A stretch of DNA of 42,600 nt from an uncultured archaeon (GCA_964442255.1 CAYTYC010000011.1:1-42600), one strand, 5' to 3'. Counted from the stretch's first letter, positions 18,301 to 26,976 are shown. Made by a program: numbers and translations. Notes: generated by a model not told the origin, from the letters alone.

Positions 18301-19068
18301 GAGGAAGACTGTGCGGAGGTAGACAGAGGAATTTGCATTGAGAACGGCACAGAATACATTTTTTCCGTGCGCGGAGTTTACACTGCCCCCGCGGAAAGCG
18401 GAGGGACAATTGATGCCGGAAACAGTGAACTCCCGTTTTACACCCATTTTTCTGATCCCGGGTATGCAATGCCGGAATACATTTATGTTCCTCCCTCCCA
18501 TGAAACCGACTGCGATGACGGAATAGACAATGACGAGGACGGTTTGGTGGATGCGGATGACCCTGACTGCTGGGGAACTGAAGTATGTGATGATGGGATT
18601 GACAACGACGGGGATGGTTTGGTTGACTTTGAGGACCCGGACTGCAGGCTTCCCGTGGTAATTGAAGTGAATCCCCCGGAAAATTTAACCGCGGAATTCA
18701 ATGCAGGCACAGTTGAACTTGAATGGAATGAAGCTGACCCTTCACCAGACAGGTACAGGGTTTACAGAAGAGAAGAAGGCGAAGACTTTGAAAGAATCTG
18801 GTCAACGGCTTTAACCTCTTACGATGATGACTCCTTTGAATTTGACTCAACATACTTTTATGCGGTCACCTCTTACATTAAGGGAGAGGAAAGCGGTTAC
18901 TCCAATACAGTGAGCGTTGACATTCCGGGGGAGGAGGAACCGCCCCCTGACTCAAACGATTCAGACGGCCCTTCTCCCGTGCCTTTGGATTTAACCGAAC
19001 TTTACATTGGGTTGGCCATAGTTGCGGCAAGCGTGGGCTTAACGCTTGCTTACATGAGGCTGGTGTAA
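15397..19068 (+). CDS. Large cell-surface protein (CBM-like, discoidin-like, several FN3, Cys-rich and Asp-rich repeats, C-terminal TM)
   Basis: Signal peptide, several FN3 motifs, discoidin-like ASSS..AFDG..W, CGDG..GEQCE, two CDDGIDNDxDGLVD..DPDC repeats and a C-terminal hydrophobic anchor. Confidence 0.85.
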   Translation: MASSELYTIPLLLFAVAVAAAAVYTPAFPNAPTGQAGEILFSAGNLAENASLETDTGADYFPSWSEDDSTPSNSIPDGWVFQQLSAEGLTDYELDSTEAFADSKSFKMSFTEPTSSQLSQDVQIDAGTYKVVGMVKTNLTEGFATIATECHYGDNHAVVPGECDFSIAPEDSPQKLSGQADWQKVVLKAGFAPEGSADKFIRVKCAAVDAVGEIWCDGFKVEQFSTTTTYPAPAIPSGFKAESVSATAAKLTWNPNSEEDFWHYNLTINEDNFKIYSGTEYVTENLEIGKSYVAYLRAVNEYGGESAAANTSFTSSKNLGLYVGDSDGGISASSSQEEFPPKGAFDGVHSTETAENSWVASGETVGAWVQRDFPRFFEVDKIYIHPRNNFHITDCERPKSVKLYFLDGTETISLTKNLEFQEFVYGRELSKLHNTDFIKFEVLSTQTTSCLPPTSSEGAGFSEIRVFGFPGTNLDLAPPTNIKSSANDGLVKVTWAAAANAEWYEISYGRSEQYMSGWLNTGSDTGYSFNYAYEVLVKLRSCNSLGCSGESALKTIPPKNYDSEKTVCDSLLGNSCAGETCFSEHIGTYYTPSDYSIPFGDYESDKTLYSPFCCGDDSNEFFTDEFETGCCSSPSRVFFEADRYSSGSTYPQKVFSCVSVFPQNFSAEATENSKVFLSWDSLEPAPSHYRLSRVSPEPSPSNPYTAPQKWSLTENSFTDSLVSAGETYVYSVASVDKIYSSYFVGPESEEIKLTLGASLSCGDGTVQMDLGEQCEPPDGEPNESRCPGEFESKYKCDTQNNRIGLPLEAGVCNENCVCSYPERVWDTNTSQGSLYCTKCFNTCGDSQCNCGETMDSCVTDCGIMSFDERLTGLEAFPGDGEVSLEWNPVSVPDFSYGGKQYSFDRYEVFYIDSDNYGISMLFKEPDEPVDAKHIESLKTYGVLVESPDPRKTVSGCPSSFLDCEPEWGEEDCAEVDRGICIENGTEYIFSVRGVYTAPAESGGTIDAGNSELPFYTHFSDPGYAMPEYIYVPPSHETDCDDGIDNDEDGLVDADDPDCWGTEVCDDGIDNDGDGLVDFEDPDCRLPVVIEVNPPENLTAEFNAGTVELEWNEADPSPDRYRVYRREEGEDFERIWSTALTSYDDDSFEFDSTYFYAVTSYIKGEESGYSNTVSVDIPGEEEPPPDSNDSDGPSPVPLDLTELYIGLAIVAASVGLTLAYMRLV

Positions 19069-19072
19069 AAAA

Positions 19073-22000
19073 ATGAATTCGGTTTTCACCCTGGTTGCCG
19101 GAATCTCTGTTCTTGTGCTTGTTTTAAGCAGCGCAATGTACCTGAATTCCTTTCCTTCTTCTCCGGTTGGAATGGCTTCACAGTATGCGCCTGTTTTGAC
19201 CGCAACAACAGGCGACGGGGTTGTGGACCTTAAATGGACGGCAATGCCCGGGGCGAAATACTATACCCTTCACCGTGACCATGCTCCCTGCGGAACATCT
19301 TACCCCGGAATTTACTGGCACCACATCTCCGATGACATCTTAAGCTACTCCGATTCCCCTGTTGTGAATTATTCCACTTACTGTTACGGAGTTTCCGTCT
19401 GCTATTCCTCAAGCTGCTATAAAAGCGACACAATTGAGGTTGTCCCGCAGCCTGAAACTCTTTCTGTTTCGGTTTCCCCTTCCTCCGGCTCTGCATTGGT
19501 TGATGAACCAATTGAATTCAATCCAACTGTAGTGGGAGGAACCGACCCCTTAACACATTCCTGGGTTCTTTCAAGCTTTACGGGAACAGGCGGAACGGAT
19601 TCATGTTATTTGGTTGAAGGTGCTGCAGACCCTCCCGACCCCCGGTATTTCCCGGTTAACGTTGTTTGCTCAGAGGAAGGCACTGCAACGGTTTCCCTTA
19701 ATGTTTTTGACGCTGACGGCCGTTCAGGGGGGGAAACAGTTACAGCGGTTTTCACTTCTGAAGGAACCCCCCCTCTTCCCACAAACCTTGTTGCCGTGCC
19801 TGGTGACGAGTTGGTTGCTTTGACTTGGTTGCCTTCTGTTGGCGCTGATCGCCACACCATTGGATGGAACACCAATGGATCCACCTTGTATGACTTGCTC
19901 ACTCAGATCCCCTCTTCTTCTCCACCAGCGTATAGCCATGAAAATTTAACAAACGGAACAAAGTATTACTATGCGCTTAAGGCTTGTAACACGTATGGCT
20001 GCAGCGACTGGAGTGAACAGGTTTCCGCCACCCCTTCTTCCACGCTTTTAGATGACACTGAACCGCCGATTGCGAGGGCTGCCGCAACCCCCACAAACGC
20101 AGATATTGGCGAAACAATCGGATTTGACGGGACAGGCTCAACAGACAATGTCGGGGTTGCATCTTATTCCTGGGACTTTGACGCAGGCAACGGAATTCAG
20201 GTGAATTCCACAAGCCCAACCCCGATGCATTCTTATTCCTCTGAAGGAACCTATATTGTTACCCTTACTGTGGAGGATGCTGCGGGAAACTCTGACACAG
20301 ACACAGTTGAAATAACTGTTTCAGAGTCTTCAAGCCTCCCCGCTGTCCCGAATTCACTGAATGTTTTAAGTAAAGACAGGGAAAACTGGCTTTGGTGGGA
20401 TCCCTTGGATGCGCACCATTACGTAATCGGCTGGAACTTGAATAATTCAACTTCAGTCTACACTGAAATGGATAATGTTCCTGCCATAATTCCGTACGCC
20501 CACACCGGGTTAACTAACGGAACAACTTACTATTACTCAATTAAGGCCTGCAACCCTGACAACGAATGCAGTGCATGGTTTTCCCCTAACCAGTCTGCAG
20601 CGCCTTCAGGCGAGGATGATTTCACCGCCCCCGCACAGGTGGATGATCTGGGTGTTTCAGACAAAAACAGTTCCTGGATTGAGTTGGAGTGGACTGCAGT
20701 AGGGGATGACGGCACAACAGGGGTTGCGGCTGAATATGATTTAAGGTATTCCACTTCCCCGTTAACTGCCTTAACTTTTTCCTCCGCAACCGCCGTAATA
20801 GGCGAAACCCTTCCCTCCGCCCCTGGAACAACTGAAACATTCGGAGTCCACGGGCTTTCCGCCAACACAAAGTATTATTTTGCTTTAAAGGTTTTGGATG
20901 AACAGGGCAATTCTTCCCCCATTTCAAATGTCGTGAGTGAAACCACGGATTCAGGGGGAATAACTTTGCCTGCGCCGGTTTTAACTGCAGAGGCTGGCGA
21001 CGGATTCGTTGAACTTAACTGGGCCTTTAACTCCACTTACCCTGCTGACTTCAATATTTTCAGGAGAGAGGTTTTCCCGGAAACTGTGTGGGGAAGCTTT
21101 GAGTCAATTGATTCAACCCCTGACAAAAATTATCTGGATGAAGCGGTAGTGAATGACACAAACTACCAGTACTATGTTGTTGCGGAGTACACTTCACCTG
21201 ATACAACCCATAAGTCGCCCAACTCAAATACTGTGAACGCAATTCCAGCCGCACAAGAGGATTTAATTGCGCCTGACGCGCCCGATTGGTTGACTGTTTC
21301 AAGCATTGGCGACAGTGAAGTGGAATTGGAGTGGAATGAAAACACTGAGTCAGACTTAAGCCATTACGTTGTCCATTACGGTGAATATTCCGGGGACCCT
21401 GATTTAAAGAAGACAGCGGTTTCCTCCAGGGCAATAATTTCCGGCTTAAATAATGGGATAACTTATTATTTTGCGGTTTTGGCTGTTGATTCAGCCGGAA
21501 ACGAAAGCCCTCTTTCCACTGAAGTTTCGGCTGTTCCGAGGGAGGAAGCGCCGCCTGAATCAGACGAAGTCTTTTCCCCCGAAAACCTGGAAGCAGAATT
21601 GGATGAAGGCAGGCTGGAGGCAACCTTAACCTGGGACGCCCCTTCACACGAACCAGACAGGTACAGGGTTTACAGGAAAGAGGGAAGCGGCAGTTTTGAA
21701 TTGCTTGACTCAACTGCCTTAACTTATTTCACTGACTCTGAGATCGAATTCGGGAAAGACTACTGGTATGCTGTCACCTCTTACCTTGACGGGGAGGAAA
21801 GCCTTTACTCAAACAAGGTGAAGGTTGAGGTTCCGGAGGAAGACAAATGCAATCCCGCTGAAGACACTGTCTGCGACACTGGCTGTGAAAGGGACGAGGA
21901 CCCGGACTGCCTGTGCAATTTTGACGGAAACTGCGAGGCAGAATTTGAGAATTCAGAGAACTGCCCTGAAGACTGCCCTCCCGGGATTTCAGGGGCAATG

Positions 22001-22078
22001 CAGGATTACCTTGTTGCCGCAGGGGTTTTGGTGGCTGCGATTGTTGCGGGCGCAATTTACTTTACTATTCACCAGTGA
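19073..22078 (+). CDS. Large cell-surface protein with FN3 and PKD domains and a C-terminal TM
   Basis: Multiple FN3 repeats, PKD motif FDGTGSTDNVGVASYSWDF..YIVTLTVED, a Cys-rich tail and a TM anchor. Confidence 0.88.
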   Translation: MNSVFTLVAGISVLVLVLSSAMYLNSFPSSPVGMASQYAPVLTATTGDGVVDLKWTAMPGAKYYTLHRDHAPCGTSYPGIYWHHISDDILSYSDSPVVNYSTYCYGVSVCYSSSCYKSDTIEVVPQPETLSVSVSPSSGSALVDEPIEFNPTVVGGTDPLTHSWVLSSFTGTGGTDSCYLVEGAADPPDPRYFPVNVVCSEEGTATVSLNVFDADGRSGGETVTAVFTSEGTPPLPTNLVAVPGDELVALTWLPSVGADRHTIGWNTNGSTLYDLLTQIPSSSPPAYSHENLTNGTKYYYALKACNTYGCSDWSEQVSATPSSTLLDDTEPPIARAAATPTNADIGETIGFDGTGSTDNVGVASYSWDFDAGNGIQVNSTSPTPMHSYSSEGTYIVTLTVEDAAGNSDTDTVEITVSESSSLPAVPNSLNVLSKDRENWLWWDPLDAHHYVIGWNLNNSTSVYTEMDNVPAIIPYAHTGLTNGTTYYYSIKACNPDNECSAWFSPNQSAAPSGEDDFTAPAQVDDLGVSDKNSSWIELEWTAVGDDGTTGVAAEYDLRYSTSPLTALTFSSATAVIGETLPSAPGTTETFGVHGLSANTKYYFALKVLDEQGNSSPISNVVSETTDSGGITLPAPVLTAEAGDGFVELNWAFNSTYPADFNIFRREVFPETVWGSFESIDSTPDKNYLDEAVVNDTNYQYYVVAEYTSPDTTHKSPNSNTVNAIPAAQEDLIAPDAPDWLTVSSIGDSEVELEWNENTESDLSHYVVHYGEYSGDPDLKKTAVSSRAIISGLNNGITYYFAVLAVDSAGNESPLSTEVSAVPREEAPPESDEVFSPENLEAELDEGRLEATLTWDAPSHEPDRYRVYRKEGSGSFELLDSTALTYFTDSEIEFGKDYWYAVTSYLDGEESLYSNKVKVEVPEEDKCNPAEDTVCDTGCERDEDPDCLCNFDGNCEAEFENSENCPEDCPPGISGAMQDYLVAAGVLVAAIVAGAIYFTIHQ

Positions 22079-22099
22079 TTATGTTACGTTAGGTGGTTT

Positions 22100-22184
22100 A
22101 ATGCCCCGCCCGTGAAGGCGATTGTTTAATTGACTTTGCCAAATGAAAAATTAGGTGCCCCGCCTTAGGGCAGGGGAGCAGCCA
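22100..22184 (+). mobile_element. IS200/IS605-end-like miniature remnant
   Basis: TGCCCCGCC occurs at 22102 and 22156. The second copy forms the hairpin CCCCGCC-TTAG-GGCAGGGG, like IS605 subterminal hairpins. Confidence 0.45.
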
Positions 22185-22257
22185 TTTTTTCAGTTAGATA
22201 CTTTTTTTAATCCCTTTAACATATCTTGTATGCTTGAGGGGTTCTTGAGGGATTTTT

Positions 22258-23241
22258 GTGCCAGAAATTATCCGGGCTGAAAACATTAAAAAAAAATTCA
22301 AGGATTTCACCGCGCTTAAGGGAGTCTCTTTTTCCATTAACCGTGGGGAAGTGTTTGGGTTAATCGGCCCCAACGGCGCGGGAAAAAGCACTTTGCTTAA
22401 GTTAATGACTTTTCTTGATTTTCCGTCCTCCGGAAGAATCCATTACCTTTTTGGGGAAGGCTTTCACTCCGGGCAAAAAATCAGGCAGTTTTTTGGATTG
22501 GTGCCGCAGGAGGAAGCCTTTTACAGGGGGTTTTCAGTTGAAGAAAACCTTGCCTTTTTTGGCTCACTTTACGGTTTAACCGGAAAAGAGTTGAAGGACA
22601 GGACAGATTTTTTGCTTGACTGGCTGAAGCTCAAGAAATTCAGGAAAAAAAAGGCGGAAAACCTTTCCGGGGGCTACAGGAGGCTTTTGAATATTGCGGT
22701 TTCCCTTGTGCATGACCCGGAAATAATTTTTTTGGACGAGCCCACTGTCGGATTGGACCCAAAAATGCGTTCAACGTTTTGGGAAAAAATCCTTGAATTA
22801 AAGGCCCGGGGAAAAACAATCTGCCTGACCACGCATTACATGGATGAAGCAGAAGAATTGTGTGACAGGGTCGCGCTTTTGTTTGGCGGCCAAATCCTCT
22901 TGGAAGGAAAACCCGCGGTTTTGGTTAAGGATATCACCGGAGAAGAGTTGTTGGATTTCTGGGTTGAGCGGGCTGTTCCTGTGCGTGCGGTGCAGCTGCT
23001 TCAAGAGCTTTTGACTGATTCGGTTGTTGAGGCAAAGGGAAAAAAGATTTCAATTTTTCTTTCAGGCAAGGATTCCCTTTTCAAGGAGGCAAAGGTCAGG
23101 GCCTTGTTCAAGGAAATCCCAATCAATGTATCAAAGTATGAAAGAAAAAAGCCTGGTTTGGAGGATGTGTTCATTAAGCTGGTTGAAAGGAGGGGGGAGG
23201 CCTTTGAAAAAGATCTTGAATATCGCCTTAAAAGAGCTTAA
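22258..23241 (+). CDS. ABC-2 type transporter ATP-binding subunit
   Basis: Walker A GPNGAGKST, signature LSGG, Walker B IIFLDEPTVGLD and H-loop TTHYMDEAE. Confidence 0.95.
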   Translation: MPEIIRAENIKKKFKDFTALKGVSFSINRGEVFGLIGPNGAGKSTLLKLMTFLDFPSSGRIHYLFGEGFHSGQKIRQFFGLVPQEEAFYRGFSVEENLAFFGSLYGLTGKELKDRTDFLLDWLKLKKFRKKKAENLSGGYRRLLNIAVSLVHDPEIIFLDEPTVGLDPKMRSTFWEKILELKARGKTICLTTHYMDEAEELCDRVALLFGGQILLEGKPAVLVKDITGEELLDFWVERAVPVRAVQLLQELLTDSVVEAKGKKISIFLSGKDSLFKEAKVRALFKEIPINVSKYERKKPGLEDVFIKLVERRGEAFEKDLEYRLKRA

Positions 23242-25009
23242 GCTGATTAAGTCCCAAAGAGTCTCCCTTGCCCTTGTTTTGGCTTACCCTTTTCTGGTGG
23301 TTATTTCCATTGGTTTGGCTTTTGGCTCAACCGCAGACCTTTCAGAGGAAAACATCAAAATTGCGGTCGTGGTTCCTGACAGCGAGTTCTTTGACGCAGA
23401 CCAGTTTGTTGAAAAGCTTTCAGCACAGGGAAAAAACCTCACGCTTTCTTTTTTTGAATCCGAGAAAAGCCTGAGGAAAGGGTTGAAGGGAAAAAATTAT
23501 TTGGTTGGAATTCTGGTTGAGCCTCCTCCTGACAAAAGGGCCAGGCCCCAGGTAAAAATAATTCATGACAACACCTCGCTTTTTGGTTCCCGTGTAATAG
23601 GCTCTTATGTTGCGTCCAATGTAAAGCTCCTTTCCCTTGAAGAATCCGCGGCAATTCTGGATGGAATCTGGAGAAACCTTGACTCAATTTCCGCTTCTTT
23701 CACTTCCTCTGTTGAACAAATAGATGAATTGACTGCCTTGCTTGACTCAACCGAAAAGCAGATGAGTGAACTGGAGAAGGAGTTAACGGAAATTGATGTA
23801 AGCGGTTTTGATGAACGGGTTGAAAATCTTGACGCCCATATTGAACAGCTTCAGGGAAACATTGATTTGGCTTCCTCGGAGGTGGATACGGCAAAAGCAA
23901 AACTCTTATCCTATGGGGGGGCGGTGCAAAGGCAACGGCAGAAAATAGTTGAATATAAAAACAAACTAATCAGGAACATGCAAAAAGTCCAGGGCCTTAA
24001 AGCAATTTCCTCCGGTCCCGTTGCCGCAGAGCTTTCCGGCATTGAATCCGAAATGAATGACACTATCCAGAGCCTTCATAACACTTCCATCCAGCTTGAA
24101 CTCGTTGAACAGGAAATAACTGAATCAGGGCAGAAAATGGATGCCTTTAAGTTAGAGGTAATTGAGGCTGACAGGGCGGCAAATCAGGCCAAGAGTGAAA
24201 TCTTGCAGTTCACTGAATCTGTTTCTCTTTTGAAGGGCGCTGTAACCGGAATGCAGGAAACAATTTCCAGAACCAAGGCGCAGAGGCAGCAGCTTTTAGG
24301 CGATTTAACCATTGTGAAGGAAAATGTTTTGTCTCTTTTAAACCAGTTCGAGAAGCTAAGGGAATACAATCCTGCGACAATTGCCAACCCATTCATTATT
24401 TGGGAGGAACCCTTGTATGATTTGGAATACTTATCTATTATTGCCCCGATGGTTTTGGCTTTGGTTTTGCTTCTTACCTGCGTGCTTTTGTCCAGTGTTA
24501 CCGCTGTTTCAGAGAAAAACCAGGGCGGTTACCTGCGTTTTGTGCTTTCCCCTGCAAGCAAACTGCATTGGCTTGGGGGAAAAATTTTGGGGCAACTTGT
24601 TTTTTCCTGGTTTATTTCCATAGTTATTCTTTTGCTTGCGGTTTTTGGGTTTGGCGTTTGCCTTTCCCCAATGATTCTTGACTTGTTTCTCGCTTTGACA
24701 CTGATTTCTTTTGCATTCATTTCCATGGGCCTGGCTGTGTCTGCCTTCACTGATTCACAGTCCACTGCAGTCCTTTCATCTCTTTTGGTTGTTGTTCCAA
24801 TGCTTTTTCTTTCAGGGCTGATTTTCCCGGTTGACCTGATGCCGGAGGCTGTGCAGTTTTTGAGTTTTTTTCTTCCCTTGACTGTTGCAATTGAGTTTTT
24901 GCTTTCAATTGCCGTAAGGGGAGAGCAGATTTTTTCCCTTTTGTTTCCATCTCTTTACTTGCTTGTGTTTGGTTTTGCTTTGCTTTTTCTTTCAAACATT
25001 AAAAGATAA
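23204..25009 (+). CDS. ABC-2 type permease with a long extracytoplasmic coiled coil (YhgE/Pip-like architecture)
   Basis: TTG start after a GGGGAGG ribosome-binding site, IALKELK N-terminus, heptad-rich central region and C-terminal FLSGLIFPVDLMP...FLPLT. Confidence 0.88.
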   Translation: MKKILNIALKELKLIKSQRVSLALVLAYPFLVVISIGLAFGSTADLSEENIKIAVVVPDSEFFDADQFVEKLSAQGKNLTLSFFESEKSLRKGLKGKNYLVGILVEPPPDKRARPQVKIIHDNTSLFGSRVIGSYVASNVKLLSLEESAAILDGIWRNLDSISASFTSSVEQIDELTALLDSTEKQMSELEKELTEIDVSGFDERVENLDAHIEQLQGNIDLASSEVDTAKAKLLSYGGAVQRQRQKIVEYKNKLIRNMQKVQGLKAISSGPVAAELSGIESEMNDTIQSLHNTSIQLELVEQEITESGQKMDAFKLEVIEADRAANQAKSEILQFTESVSLLKGAVTGMQETISRTKAQRQQLLGDLTIVKENVLSLLNQFEKLREYNPATIANPFIIWEEPLYDLEYLSIIAPMVLALVLLLTCVLLSSVTAVSEKNQGGYLRFVLSPASKLHWLGGKILGQLVFSWFISIVILLLAVFGFGVCLSPMILDLFLALTLISFAFISMGLAVSAFTDSQSTAVLSSLLVVVPMLFLSGLIFPVDLMPEAVQFLSFFLPLTVAIEFLLSIAVRGEQIFSLLFPSLYLLVFGFALLFLSNIKR

Positions 25010-25031
25010 AAGAAAAAGGGTTGAAGAAAAC

Positions 25032-25070
25032 GGGGCGGGGCTTTTTTTGCCCCTGAAACATTTTTTTTCT
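25032..25070. terminator. Hairpin and T tract between convergent genes
   Basis: GGGGC...GCCCC stem followed by a T run, located between the stops at 25009 and 25071. Confidence 0.4.
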
Positions 25071-25784
25071 TTATGCCGGCGTCATGCTTACCCCGACCGG
25101 CTGCTGTAGTCCTCTGTCCACTTCGACTTTCCATCCCATTGTCTGGTAGCCTGGCGCCCTTATTTTGAATTTATAGAAGCCCGGCTTAACCCGGATTTCC
25201 GCGTTTCCGTTGGTGAAACTGTGTGTTTCTGCGTTTGGGAAGGCGCTGCTTGTTATTGCTGACACTCCAAGCGAACTGAATTCGCTTTCAGTGATTGCTT
25301 CTACCATAATTGTTCCTTCAGCCACTAGCTTGTCATTTAATAGGTTGTCTTTTTCGTTGATTGTGAATACCAGCACTGGCCCAGGGGTTAGGTTTACCCC
25401 GACTGGCTGTGTTTCACCGGCTTTTACCTGAACTTTCCATCCGATGTCCATATGCCCCGGCGCTGTCACTTTGAACATATAGTATCCTTCTTTTGTGGTT
25501 ATTTCTGCCCAGCCGTCCCTGAAAGCGTATTTTGGGTCGTACTGGAAATCTGTCTTTGTAATTTTTTCCACTGTTGCCCTGTTGAATGTGTCTTCATCTA
25601 TTTCTTTCAGCCTTATTTCCCCTGAGGCAACTGGTTTGTCGTTTCTTAGGTCGTCTTTTTCGTTTACTGAAAACCTTAAAACCCCTGTTTCTTGGCCCGG
25701 AATCGGGATTGGCGGTATTTCAGTGCATCCAAGCGCAAATACTGATAACGCAAGTATTGCCGCTACGGCTATTTTCATGTGCAT
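25071..25784 (-). CDS. Lipoprotein with two tandem beta-sandwich (PEGA/carboxypeptidase-regulatory-like) repeats
   Basis: Lipobox FALGC, an internal duplication (NEKD..NDK.VA.G.I ... APG...GWKV.V...QPVGV..TP twice) and an AAGGAGG ribosome-binding site upstream. Confidence 0.8.
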   Translation of the reverse strand: MHMKIAVAAILALSVFALGCTEIPPIPIPGQETGVLRFSVNEKDDLRNDKPVASGEIRLKEIDEDTFNRATVEKITKTDFQYDPKYAFRDGWAEITTKEGYYMFKVTAPGHMDIGWKVQVKAGETQPVGVNLTPGPVLVFTINEKDNLLNDKLVAEGTIMVEAITESEFSSLGVSAITSSAFPNAETHSFTNGNAEIRVKPGFYKFKIRAPGYQTMGWKVEVDRGLQQPVGVSMTPA

Positions 25785-25800
25785 ATTTTTTTTCCTCCTT

Positions 25801-25995
25801 TAAAAGTTTCAATAACAGCCTGCTAAAAGTTTCAATAACAGCCTGCTAAAAGTTTCAATAACAGCCTGCTAAAAGTTTNNNNNNNNNNNNNNNNNNNNNN
25901 NNNNNNNNNNNNNNNNNNNNNNNNNNNNNNNNNNNNNNNNNNNNNNNNNNNNNNNNNNNNNNNNNNNNNNNNNNNNNNCAATAACAGCCTGCTAA
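25801..25995. repeat. 23-bp perfect tandem repeat spanning a scaffold gap
   Basis: TAAAAGTTTCAATAACAGCCTGC three times plus a partial copy, then 100 N (25879-25978), then the unit resumes. Confidence 0.92.
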
Positions 25996-26018
25996 TACTA
26001 ACTTATTGAATTTTATGT

Positions 26019-26028
26019 TATTTAAAGC
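26019..26028 (-). promoter_or_regulatory. Putative TATA box for the lipoprotein gene
   Basis: Minus-strand GCTTTAAATA, identical to the pilin promoter box, about 25 nt before the tandem repeat. Confidence 0.45.
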
Positions 26029-26056
26029 TATGGTAAAAGGGCATCTGTTAACCGAG

Positions 26057-26236
26057 TCAAATGAAGCCGCGAGGCAGAGTTCTGCCGCTCTTGAGCGGCT
26101 GGTGAATGCCGTCTCGCGCGGCTTTTAAGGGAAACATTGCAGGAAGCCATAAAGTGCCGGCGTTCCCGGGCGCCAGGAATCTATTTTGTTTAACAACCCA
26201 AAGAAATCCGCTGCCTTCAGGCAGTGGTAACGTAAA
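26057..26236 (+). other. Structured GC-rich intergenic element ending in an IS605 right-end-like hairpin (possible omega-RNA relic)
   Basis: Stem AAGCCGCG/CGCGGCTT encloses the hairpins GGCAG-AGTT-CTGCC and GCCGCT-CTTG-AGCGGC. The 3' end reads GAAATCCGCTGCC-TTCA-GGCAGTGG. Confidence 0.4.
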
Positions 26237-26355
26237 ATGCCAGTAAAAACCCCCTTGTTTGGGCTTTTTTGCGCCGGGGTCACGGCTTTCCCCGTCATTC
26301 AACGAACTTTTCCTTTTCTTTTTCCTTTTTAAATCCTTTAATTCCCCTTATTGTT

Positions 26356-26961
26356 ATGCAGGATTCCTTTGAGCCAAGGAAAGAGCTGCAGTGCAGGCTC
26401 TACAAATTTCTTTTGGAGAAATACTCTGACGCAATAAATGCCGAGGAAAAAAAGACAATCGGCGAGGTTAAATCCCTGATTAGCCCCGATGACCTGACTG
26501 TGCAAACCCTTCTTTCTGACCTGAAGCCTGAGGAATACTCTTTTCCCGGGGATTACCTTCCAACCCTTAAAAAGGTGTTTGAATTTATTGCCTCTGAAAT
26601 CCAGTTTGTTGAATCCGGCCTGGGCCTGAACTTCTGGCTTTCCCCGAAAGAAATTTTTTCCCTTAAGGTTTCCGATGACAGCGATTTGGCTGTTTTGCTT
26701 TGCTCTTTCATGTCCGCGTTGGGGGATGAAAACGCGTTTGTTGTGGCAAGCGAACTTGAAGACCTTTCCACTCATTCTTTTGTGATAACCGAAGTGGAAG
26801 GAAATTTTTTTCTCCTTGACCCAAGCCAAAGGCATTCTTTTGAGGAATTTTCCGGCGACAAAACACGGGTAATGCTGAACTATTCGTTTAAGGGCTCCAA
26901 AATCAGGCGCTTTATTTACAAATTTAATGCCGAAGAGTACGAGCAGTTCGCGCAGGATTAA
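26356..26961 (+). CDS. Transglutaminase-like fold protein, apparently lacking the catalytic Cys
   Basis: FW.SP.E...SDDSDLAVLLCS (in place of GDCxD), THSFV and LLDPS. ATG at 26356. Confidence 0.7.
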   Translation: MQDSFEPRKELQCRLYKFLLEKYSDAINAEEKKTIGEVKSLISPDDLTVQTLLSDLKPEEYSFPGDYLPTLKKVFEFIASEIQFVESGLGLNFWLSPKEIFSLKVSDDSDLAVLLCSFMSALGDENAFVVASELEDLSTHSFVITEVEGNFFLLDPSQRHSFEEFSGDKTRVMLNYSFKGSKIRRFIYKFNAEEYEQFAQD

Positions 26962-26976
26962 TCAGAACCTGCGGTT

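Noticed and set aside
25879..25978. Run of 100 N
   Set aside because: It is a scaffold gap of nominal length, not a biological feature.
25801..25995. CRISPR array suggested by GTTTCAAT/ATTGAAAC
   Set aside because: The visible units are head-to-tail with no spacers.
26057..26302. RNase P or SRP RNA, or the 81-aa minus-strand ORF
   Set aside because: I could not find the conserved RNase P P4 or SRP helix 8 motifs, and the ORF has no recognisable features.
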